This document shows positions 48,101 through 60,100 of a stretch of DNA of 64,000 nucleotides, piece by piece (the stretch's first letter is position 1; the number at the start of each line of letters is the position of its first letter). The stretch comes from Thalia democratica (lineage: Eukaryota): the NCBI GenBank assembly GCA_965202585.1, contig OZ241831.1:2852001-2916000 (forward strand), given 5' to 3'. The notes under the pieces were generated by a model. That model saw nothing but the letters and a program-made list of their open reading frames with translations, searched no databases and was not told the origin of the DNA. Position numbers and translations under genes: made by a program.

Positions 48101-51100
48101 GCAAAATAAAATCTAGTTTCAGGGTTGCCAGAAAACCTTAAAACCTGGAAAAACCTGGAACTTGACAATTTAGGCTGAAAAAATTTGAATTTGAGAATTA
48201 AAAAAAAACCTGGAATTTTTAACATGTTAAGTAGTGAAACTTCAATTTTAATCAAAAGTATATCATATAGAATTTAAAAAACTTAATTAGAAATCACATC
48301 TAAAGTATCTTTACAATTTTTTTATACTATTTAAGTTTGTTACCTTAAACTTAACTTTATACTAAAAGTAAACCCAAAAATGTGTACTTTTGAAAACCTG
48401 GAGGAAATTTTGAAAACCTTGAGAAAATTTGCCAAAATCATTTGGCAACCTTGTGGTTTTGTTTTTGTTAAATTTTAAAGTAGCTGCCTTATAGATTATG
48501 CATAAAAAGTAAAGTTTTTTGTATTTTTGCAAAAGTTATTTATTAGAGGAGATTATCGAGGAATTACTTGCAAAATTATTGTAAAGATTATCATAGGAAC
48601 TACTTGCAAAGTTGTTTATTTGTTATTTTCTCACGGCAATAGTTAATTTCGTAAAACAAATATTTGATTTCATACTCATTTGTATTTGTTTCTACAATTT
48701 TTTCTTCTTACAAAACAGCACGTTTTTATGTGAATCTTTAAAAATAAATGTTTTTGAAAAAAAAAGTTAATCATTAACTAGTTCATTGCTACTGTAAACC
48801 TAATTAAACATTTCAATATATAAATGTACTTATTTGCCAACAATATTTTTAGTAATAAGTTTTTGTTGTATTTTTAATATTTTTCGACCTATATAAATTA
48901 TACGAATACACTTATTAAAATGTACTTAAAGACCTTATTAAAATGTTTGATGTATTTATTTGTTAATGTAATTTATAATACGTTCTGTAATGATATTAAC
49001 TATAAATCCTACTTTAAACTATGTAAGTGATACAAAATAAACAATTACAATTTAAATACACAAAACAACTTTGTAGCTTGTACAGCCAAACTTGTTACAG
49101 CTTGCCAGAAGCTAAATCATTTTTAAACAAGTTTTTATTTAAAAACACAATACTTTTTAATCAAACAGTATACATTATATTTGTACCAAATGTGTTTATC
49201 TAAATATATAAATTTTTTGTTTACACTTACAAACGCCTACAATTTTTTGTTTGTTTACTTTAAAAAATATTGATTCAAAAAATAGTTTAGTTCAAGCAGT
49301 TAGTTTATCTGGGTTTCACCCATAAGTATATTTAAAATTTAAGTAAAATTTTAAGTTGTGAACAAAGTTTTATTTCCTGAACTAAAAAAAAATAACTTTA
49401 GATATATCTTGGGTATGGTTTAAAGCTGAAGTTACTAAATGGTATCAAGAAACACCAATCAAAACAATTTCCAAATTCTTTAAGCATTTTTATTCATAAA
49501 TAGGCACATATTGTTGTTTTTAACTTTAATATTATTGTAATACAATAATACAGGTATTTCTTAAATTGTCGTTTCAAAACATTTAATTTCGGTATTGTTC
49601 AAACATATTTCTTCATATTGTTATTTTTAATATGAATATTATATACCCATATTTCTTGATATTGTTGTCTTACATAGGTGTGTTTATGCGTATTCGTATT
49701 GAGAAATTACCTCATTTTTCTTTGAAATACTAAATTATTCATTAGCTGTTGTGAGGTAATTCTATTCAGAAGCAGAGTGGTTTACGCAGGCTTTAAAAAT
49801 TTGGATAATTAAAATACTCATTATGGTGTGATGATATTTTAAAGTCTATTGACCCCACAATACTTAATACAAAAGTTAATTATAAGTTCAATTACTTTTC
49901 TGTAAAATTACTATTCCCTTCAACTAAAAATATTTAACAGGTAAAAGCAAATAGGCTGTGTAAATCTACAAAAAATTCAAATTATAATTTGACTTACATA
50001 CTAGTTAATATTAAACATTTCATTTATTTAATATTTTTTCAACAGGTGATTGCAAACAGACTATGCGAATCAAAACAGAAAATTCCTCATTATTATCTGA
50101 CCACTGACATTGAAATGGACCAAATTATGGAAGTTAGGAAAAATTTCAACGACAAGTTACAGAAAGGTTGATATATCAATTAAAATTAACTAGTTTAGAT
50201 GCAGTATCAATTAAGTTGATAATTTTAAAAGTATTTAAACAAATGTATTTATTTTAATCAATATATCTATACTAATTACACATAAGCTTTCAAATAAATT
50301 AATTACTACCATAAGATCTTATTGCCCACAAAATAAGTTTTCTCTTATTCAATGTTGAAATTACCAATGTACCGGTATTTACTAATTGAATATTTAGCTT
50401 AGTAAAATTTTTGGTGAATAACCAAACATTATTTTTACAGACGGCAGCAAGTTATCAGTGAACGACTTCATCATTAAAGCTGCTGCTTTGAGTTGCTTGA
50501 AGGTCCCTGAAACAAACTCACAATGGAATGATACTTTCATTAGACAGTAAGTACAAATATATTTAATATACAAACAATATTTAAGTATTTATTAAGCTTT
50601 GAGTTGCTTGAAATTCCTGAAACCAATTCTCAATGGAATGATACTTTCACTAGACAGTAGGTGTAAATATATTTAATATACAAATAATATTTAAGTATTA
50701 GTAAAGCTTTGAGTTGCTTGAAAGTTCCTGAAACAAACTCACAATGGAATGATACTTTAATCAGACAGTAAGTTGAAATACATTTAATATACAAACAGTA
50801 TTTAAGTATTTATTAAGCTTTGAGTTGCTTGAAAGTCCCTGAAACAAACTCTCAATGGAATGATACTTTCATTAGACAGTAAGTATAAATATATTTAATA
50901 TACAAACAATATTAAAGTATTTATTAAGCTATGAGTTGCTTGAAAGTACCTTGAAACCAAATCTCAATGGAATGATACTTTCATCAGACAGTAAGTATTA
51001 TATTAGTTATATAATATAAAATGTTTGTTAATCAGCATCAACTTGCTAAGGTTGTAAAATTACAATTTTTTTAAACTTAACTTTCTAAGACGAGTAGTAA

Positions 51101-54100
51101 TATTAGAAAGTTTAGATTCAAAAAAATTTCTTGAAAACTTAAATTTTAAAATATAGTTTGTAAAATTTACAAAAGACTAATATTATCAGACAGTAAAATC
51201 TCTTAAGTAAGACTCACAATTAAACTTTTGTCAGACAATTCGGTTTCCTTCATTAATTATTACTCAGTAGAACTCACTAATAATTTATTTAAATTGAATA
51301 TCAAGCTAACTTGCTATACTTATGCCTGTAGAAAGTTTCAAGTATAGGTTAAAATAAACAAACGTTTATTTATTATTCAGATGCTTTTAATACGTTTTTT
51401 TTGTGTAGAAAAATTCACTATTAATTTTAGGAAATAGGTATTAAATCCTCTTTTGTTAAACTTATTGGACAATGTGTTTTACTTATTAAATTATTAGTGG
51501 GACAATAACAAATAGTAACTAGTTGAGCGTCACAACTTCAACAACGAAAAATTTATTGGCATTGAAAATTGTATCAAAAATGTTAGGTTTCAATCTAAAA
51601 AATATTTTAATCCAACAATTTTGTTTTATTCATTAAAGAAGAACACAAACATAGTGGTGTGCAGTTTAAATAATTACTCATATCTGTTTTAAGCCTTCGG
51701 TTTAATTATAGACTATATTGAAATGAAGACATCTTAAGATACGTATATAAATACGTCGTCTTAAAATAAACTTGAGCGTTTTGAATTTAATTAAAAACAA
51801 CTAAAAATCTGTTTACTGTTTGTTAAACGTATTGTTTAACCTACAAAAGTGCACATTTGTATATCAATTTTCAAATTTTGTTTAGCTTCAAAGAAGTATT
51901 GATACTGTATAGCCCAATTAATTTAAGTACTACATAACAAGTTTGGAGACACACTTATTGCAAATTTTTATTAAAAAACTGATTTTTTTGTGTTTAAATG
52001 CTAATTTATAAGTTCCATTAATGGACTGTAGTTTTTCTTTATTTTTCACTGCCAAAGTAAGTATTAAACTGAAAAATTGTAATTGTTGTTTTGAAAAACT
52101 TTTAGTAAAGTTTTTTTAAGCAATTGGGTTATTTTATTGGTTTTTATGTTTTATGTCTTAACTACGTGGTCTCCAGTAACTTACTGACTGCTATACTTAC
52201 GAGAAGTAAATAATATACAAACAGTATAAGTTACAAAACTATTTCCTAAGTTATGAATAAAACACACTTTGAATAAATGCAATTTAATTTATTTTCAATA
52301 ATAATTCTTAGTTCTGAAGAAAGAAACTATTAAATCACGACACAAATAAAATCTATAAAAAGTATCAACAATCGTACAGTTACATAAATACTAACATCAA
52401 CTCCGCTATGTAGACGTTTTCTTGATTCTCGATAATTGAAGTAAAACGTTAAACTTAATCGTAACTAGATTATACCGCAGAATAACTTTGCAACTAACTT
52501 TTAACGCGTATTTGAAAGACAAACGCCGATATATACGCGTCGGAATGAAATTAACTCCTTGAAATAATAAAAATGTTTGTTTTTTATAAAAATATGTTTG
52601 TTTTTTTAATACTAGAAGCACGTCACAAATATCTGCGTAAAACACTCCACAACATTCGCTTTTTAAATACGAAAATGAGATGTTAATATCATTACATTGT
52701 TTCTTTTTTAATTTTCAATTTTAACGTTTAAAGCCTGGTTTTAAATAATTTAAATCCTTAAAATCCTACTTAACTTTAAACTTTTTTGTAATTCTTAAAA
52801 GGTCGGGTAAAAAAAAAGTAAGAAAAAAGAAACTGAATAACTTATTATCTCAAAAGTTACATAATTTACAAAAACTTAGATAAAACACAACATAAAGACA
52901 AAGTAAGTAACAATGATAGTCATTTAGTTGTCCTCAGGCTTCTTATCCTTGGGGTTCTTGTCCTTGTGCCTGTTGTCCTCGGGCATCTTCTATTCCGGCG
53001 TTTCTCTTCCGATTTCTTCTTCTACGGTGGTTTAATTAGCAGTAACGAATTGTTTTAATTTGCTTGTTCTTCTCTTAACTTCAAATTCAAAAATTCATCG
53101 AAATCACTTTTTGGCATAGAAAATATTCATCTTTTCATTTCCCATCATTGTAGTATTCATTTGATTGAATTCATTCCAAAAAATACGCGGCTCAACAAAA
53201 AAAAGTTGAGATATTCTTTCAAGAAAGTTTAGTAAAAACTACTATGTTATTATGCCAAAAGACAATAACGAAACTGTCAGAATTTACTTTCAAACCCATT
53301 TTTTTATACAAAACAAAACAAAAATCAAGCATTTAAAGATGCATTATAAGAAAACTAATAGTTTAAAAAACATGAAAAACTTTAACTTTGTTTTTAACTT
53401 AGAAAAACATATGTTCTTAATATTCAACTCGCAAACTTTAATAAACAAAACAGAAAACATTTTCTTTAAAATATTTTAAAAACAATAAGTAGTATTTTCA
53501 TGCACAAACTTTTAAAGGATTCAACTATAAAATATTTCTATTAAAGCAACACAATACTTAAGCATTATAGAAATTTATAAAGAGAAAAATTTAGCGAGTG
53601 CTATTTTCGATCGTTAACAGTCAAAACTAAATGGGAGTTGAAAGTAATTTAAAATTCAAAGTTTATAGGAAAAATTTATCACGAGTCGAATTGAAAGCTT
53701 TAAACTTGAACTTGATTATTTTACGAGCAAAAAATCTGATAAATCAGTTTTGTTTTAAAGTTAGAGTAAAATGTAGTTACTAAAATCTCAATATAAAAAT
53801 AGGCTTATAAAACTTTTTTATACTACAATTGTTATGTCTTAGCTTTTAATTAATTAGTACCAAGCTGTAATTTATAATATAAAAAACTTCATAACACATC
53901 ATTAAAAGTAAAAAAGCTATAAACTTTACAATTCAGAAATTTTATCAGAAAAAATACAAAATAAACACACTTAATAGTTTCTTTCAGTATAATTTCTTAA
54001 AAACACTACCTGAGTTTAAAAAATATTAAAATAGGTGTTCATGTTAATAAAAAATTACAATTTTTTACCTTTCTTAAAATCCGTTTCGTTATTTTTGTGA

Positions 54101-57100
54101 AAATACTTATATTTTATCTTCAAAAGGCTTTATGATAAATGTTAAAAGTTTTAGACCTGCTATTAGTAATTCTGACTCTTTTTTATTCTGTGTTATAATT
54201 TCTTTTTTGTCAAAGGAATTAAGTACTGCCAAATTGTTTTTCTCTTTAGCTAATATGTTGCTTGATACGCTTGTTTGTGATTTTGTTTTTGAAGAATTGT
54301 AATAGCCTGAGTCTTGTTTATAACTTTTAAGCTGCACTGTTGGCACTTGATATTTTGGCTTGCTATCATACTTTTTATTGTAACTGATATTTTTCTGCTG
54401 TTGTTTCTGGTGTTTTTCTTTGCTAAGTTTACCTTGTTTTGCTTTAAAAGCAAAAGCTTGCTTATAAGCTCTACTAGCTTTTATTTTCTGCTGTTGGAGG
54501 TTACGAGAATGATGGTTTACGTTAAATATATTTTGTTGAAGTTTTTGATTGTAGTTTGAATTTTTATCTACAGCATACTTAGACCCTTGAACTGTTTTAC
54601 CATTAGGACCTGTCACGTTTGCGGCTTCTGACATGTTGTTTTTACCTACGACAATATCAAACTGGACTTTCTCTCCTTGTGCAAGAGACCTTAAGAATTT
54701 GTTCGGGTTGTTTTTTATGATAGCTGTATAATGAACAAAAATATCGCTGTTCTGATCATCACGATGAATAAAACCGTAACCTTTGCGAACATTAAACCAT
54801 ACTACTTGACCAGTTACTCCAAATGCTATAGTGTTTTTGGTTACCTGAGCTTTTTCTTTGGTTGTTTGAAACTCTTTGCTTGTATTAGATGTTTTTGTAG
54901 GTAAGTGTTGATGACATGACAAACACTGTGCTATGTTAACATTATTACTACTATTCCCATTGTATGATTTTCTTGGTTTAAAACTATCTCTATCTTGGTT
55001 ATGTTGACGATAATTGTAATTATGATTAATACCATTATCTCTAAAATGAAAATTTTGTTGATAATTAGGACGAACTCGCTTATGGTAATTTATTTTAGAC
55101 CTATGCTGACTTTGCTCATACTGCTGTAGTCTATTGTAATTAACTTGGTTAGGTATTAATGCGTTTTCTTTATAAGCATTCCATATGGCTTGTCCTTTTC
55201 TTTTAAAAACTTCTAAGCTTTCATCAAAGTGTTCCCTAATCTTATCTTTAATCGAAAAGGGCATTAAGTATGCAAGAAAAAACTTAATTCTGTCCTGCTC
55301 TGGACATTTGGCCCAACTCACGGCTGTAGCAAATATTTTATTAAAGTTTGTACAATCATCCCAAATTGGAATTTTGTCTAAAATTTCAGCTAACTGATTG
55401 TCCCTATTAATAAAAAAGTTTCTTAAAGAACTGTAATTTCTTTCACCTCGTTCTGTCATTTTATAATAGTCTGACAACTCTTCTCTCGGCCAAAACCCAG
55501 TTAAAAATTTATACTTTTCTGTATTACTAGAAATATTTTCATTTAACATTTCCTCCTCGAAAAAACTAATAATATCACGAGGGTTTCTTACAAAGTCTAA
55601 CCTTTTAAACTTCTTAATTAGTCTTTGCGCCTTAAATGTATCGCTAAAATTATCAAAACTAGTATCATTACTTTCGTAATCATCGTAAAAATGTTCGCGT
55701 TTTTCTAGCATCGCACGTTCGAAATGTGGTGATCTAGACTGCTTTAATCTATTATTTAGTTTTTTTATTTGCTTTTGCAAAATTCTTAACTCTTCTTCAT
55801 TTGTTAGCTGCTTAACTTCGCTTGATTTTCTAAATTGTTGTTGAATGCTGTTTAACTGATAAAATTCAGCATTATCATTCATCATCTCTGCTTGATGAGA
55901 ATTATTAAGATTGATATCGTCATTGTTGTTTGTGTGCATTTATTCTGTTGACTGCTTAAAGATTTGTAACCAGAAGATTCAAGGTTCTTAAAAGACACTG
56001 CGTGGTTTCCACTTTAAGCAAATAGGTTTACTTTCGAGCTAGTTTAATATAGTTACAAACTTATTCCTAAGTTAGGAATAAAACACACTTTGAATAAATG
56101 CAATTTAATTTATTTTCAATAATAATTCTTAGTTCTGAAGAAAGAAACTATTAAATCACGACACAAATAAAATCTATAAAAAGTATCAACAATCGTACAG
56201 TTACATAAATACTAACATCAACTCCGCTATGTAGACGTTTTCTTGATTCTCGATAATTGAAGTAAAACGTTAAACTTAATCGTAACTAGATTATACCGCA
56301 GAATAACTTTGCAACTAACTTTTAACGCGTATTTGAAAGACAAACGCCGATATATACGCGTCGGAATGAAATTAACTCCTTGAAATAATAAAAATGTTTG
56401 TTTTTTATAAAAATATGTTTGTTTTTTTAATACTAGAAGCACGTCACAAATATCTGCGTAAAACACTCCACAACATTCGCTTTTTAAATACGAAAATGAG
56501 ATGTTAATATCATTACATTTTTACTCTGAGTGGCTTTTTGTTGAAAATTACTATAATTTACTAAATAAATTTTGATGGCCTTATAATGACGCTTACAAAA
56601 GTTTAAATATTTAGTTTTGTCTAATGGCATATATTGGTTATTTTTTTATGAAGATCTGAAAAAAACTAAGTTTCAGATATTTTATTCAACTAAACTTTTC
56701 AAAGATTCTCATCAGATTTTGCTTGAAATATTCAACTGCATCTTTGACGTCGACCAGTTTAAACAAAAAACAATGAATAATTAAATAGTATTAAAACATG
56801 CGACCTCCTAGTTTTAATTTGTTGTGTAGGATGTTTTTGATTGTTGAATATCTATTTGAAATAAATGAGCTTTGAAAAAGAAAATATGTAGTTTAGACAA
56901 AGAGCGGTTTAAAGGAAATAACAATGAATTATTTAAAGATTAAAACAATCAAACTCGTGAGCTCTTTAGTTTAAGTAACTAGTGTAGGAAGTTTTTAATT
57001 GTAGAACATTTTCTTGAAATGCTTGGCTTTGAAAATACAAAAACAATTTTGTTATAAAGTTTCTAAGAAATAAAAAAATACCTAGTTGCAGGCAATGCTT

Positions 57101-60100
57101 GCACAAAATTTTAAAATTTCAAACATATTTTCACTGACTTACTTGTGAGTATAATATGTAGTTGGAAATATAATTATAAGTTATATATTATACTGATTGT
57201 AAAGTAGTTATAGTTTATAGTCAATGTTGTTTTTTTCAAATTTCATAATACTTTGATTAACTCATTATAAAACTAACATTAACGTACACTATAAGTTTTT
57301 TTAAACCATTTTAGTAATTTATCTAATTTAATGGATATGCTACTTGTTCTGAATAGGCTTTTTTCCATAAAATAAGAATTTAGTTGAAATGTTAGTAAAG
57401 TTAAATGTTTTACTTAACTTACTATTTTATACTTAGTTTAACTATTAATAAATAAAACATTAGCAGTCATATAAATTACAATTTTGTTTCTGTAAATGTA
57501 AAAGTATACCTAAGTTAAAAAATTAGTATATAGAGCAACTACTTGAAGTACTTATTTAAAACCGAAAGCACACTTATTTTTTATAAATAAAAACAATATT
57601 CTATATTTTCATTTATTTTAGTGTTTTAATTGCTTCCTTTATTTAGTGACGCAAGCTGTATTACCTGAACTATATGTAACTGATTGTTCCATAAATATAA
57701 ATTAAAAGACCAACAAATTTATCCACTTTTAAAACAGCTTAACGAAAAACTTGTATTTTTTACTCTATTTTCTCTTTATGTAACTTTATAAAGATTTTAA
57801 TTACTGTATCACGAGGCAGTAAAAAGTATAAATATTTAATTTTGTCAAATGACTTATTTTTGAATGATTGCTTTGTAATTGCTCCAATTATAAGATAATT
57901 GAGTTTTTATCAGTTTAAAAACTTACTTTTTAATTTTTATAAAAAACTTATTAGAAAACTGTTTTTGCTGGTATTATTATATAATAGTTTTCTGTATCAA
58001 CACATTCATTTTGTTAAGAGTATTAATAAAAAGTTAACAAATATAAACTGTCTATTTAGATGTAAATCTATTTTAAGCTTAGTTGAAATATATAATTCAA
58101 CTATTTTGTGTTTCAGTTTAATACATTTAAAAACTGTTGAAGATTACCACTAGGTAAAAAGGATTTAGTAATAAATTATTCAACTAATTTTTTAATCATG
58201 TGATTTTTATTTTAAGGGATCACATGCTATAAACGCCAAAAATATTTTAAATTATTCAGCTTAAAATATACTTACTCAAAATATTTAAAAAAATATAAAT
58301 TAAATATGAGTACTAAATATTATAAGTAAATTAAATATGAGTCAACTTTGTACAGAATAAAATTTTTATCTGCTGCAAGTAAAATATTTGCACAGAAAAT
58401 TTTGACCGAAAACACATACATTGTTTATTTTAGTTATATGCTTTATATAACAGTCTTATTTATTTTTTCTTGTAAATTAAAATTAATTTATTCAAGTTTA
58501 TCTTCAATGGGTTAAACATTATTTAACCCTAAGTATTTTACTTAACACATTAAATCTTTTCGTTGCTTTTGATACAATTCTTTGATAGATTTATATGAAC
58601 AAAATCATTTTCACTGATAAAATAAAATTTGAACTTTTATTTAAACCCTTGGAATAAAAAGTTGAAAAAAAAAATTACAAATAAGTTAACATAAATTATC
58701 GTTAAAAATTTAATTTGTACAAAAGCAAATGAATATCGTTTTTTATTTTCGTACGATAGTATAAATTTATAAAAATTAGAATATATAGAGCAATTAATTC
58801 AAGTACTGGTTTAAGATCAAAAAGCACACTTATTTGTTAAAAGTAAACAAGCAATACATCAAGACTTCCTATTATTTGACGAAACAATACAGTTTTATTG
58901 CCCTAATTTATTTGTAGTTGATTGTTCTATAAATAAACATTAAATTGATCAAACAGTATTTGTTATCACCTGCAAAAATATACCATCTGTAAATTTTATT
59001 ATATACATCAGTTAATATTTTTAAAGATTTTAATCACTGTGTCACGAGATACTAATGAACTGATGAATATTTAATTTTGTCATCTGACAGTAATTGTTAT
59101 ATCTTTCTTATTTATAAGTGTTTTAACAGCTGATTACAAGCTTCGTTATGTGAATATTTCCTTGAAATTTTCTTATGTATAATACTACTATAAATACAAC
59201 AATATTCTATCAAAAATAGCTTGGAAATTTTTTATATATTATAATACTATAACTACAATAATATTTTATCAAAAATAGTTTGGAAATTTTTTATATATTA
59301 TAATACTATAAATACAATAATATTTTATCAAAAATAGATTGGAATTTTTTTATATTTTTTTAGGGTAAGTATGTAAATGTACATTTGATCATGCATATTC
59401 TGAAAAAAAAACATTGCTGTAAAACTGTCTTCAATTGTTTGATTGTGTCTATAAGTATAAAAACTTGTAAAGTTATTTTAAGATACCTGTAAACTGAGTA
59501 AAAAGAGTAAAGTTTAAAAAACTGTTCAAGCTTCAAAATATTTGAGATTTAAGTTTCTGTAGACAACAATAAAACATATTTGTTAAAGTGTAAAAAAAAT
59601 CAATTTATATAATAAATATTTTTATTAACTAATTTCAACAGATTCAAGACAGTAGATATGTCAGTAGCAGTTTCAACAGACAACGGATTGATCACACCAA
59701 TTGTGTTCGATGCACAGACTAAAGGCCTGAAAGACATCGCTACAGAGGTCAAAGATTTGGCTACCAGGGCCAGAAGTAACAAATTGAAACCTGAAGAATT
59801 TATGGTGAGTGATGATTAAGAAATTTTATAGCTGGGTGTGGTATATTTTTAATTAATATGGTAAATGTTAAAAAATAAAATTAAAATAATACAAGTTTGT
59901 TGTTAAAATTAAGTTATATGACATTTTAAAATTTATCCCATTTTAAAATACATTTTTTTTTATATGAACATTCATTAAGAATAAAATTAATTATCAAGTT
60001 ATGACATTTAGTGTGTTAGATGAACTTTTATAGACTTTTTTTCTTCCACAAAAGTTCTCATTTTAAACAGCCTCAAATACAGTAGAATTAATTTATAACG

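Larger units (their letters stand above)
52229..56517 (-). mobile_element. Non-autonomous LTR-like retroelement (Gag-only) in DLAT intron 9, antisense
   Basis: Long direct repeats at both ends, each starting TGTAAT on the minus strand; purine run aaaaaagaaacaa just before the 3' repeat (PPT-like); one Gag-like ORF; no protease/RT/RNaseH/integrase found. No canonical CA end, PBS or TSD found. Confidence 0.75.

Noticed and set aside
48986-49099. tgtaatgatattaac matching the LTR start, with gttaca about 110 bp later
   Set aside because: Only a 15-nt AT-rich match, no further homology and no TSD.
52315-52330. Hammerhead-like CTGAAGA-AA-GAAAC in both LTR-like repeats
   Set aside because: No stem II between the core boxes and no compatible stem I or cleavage triplet.
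52406-52645. Identical 79-aa ORFs at 52406 and 56227
   Set aside because: Alternative-start ORFs inside the identical repeats; no domain.
59525-59567. Possible old echo of the DLAT exon 10 start (ttcaag...gtttctgtagacaac), and a similar one at 42715-42740 for exon 2
   Set aside because: Similarity too patchy to distinguish from chance by eye.
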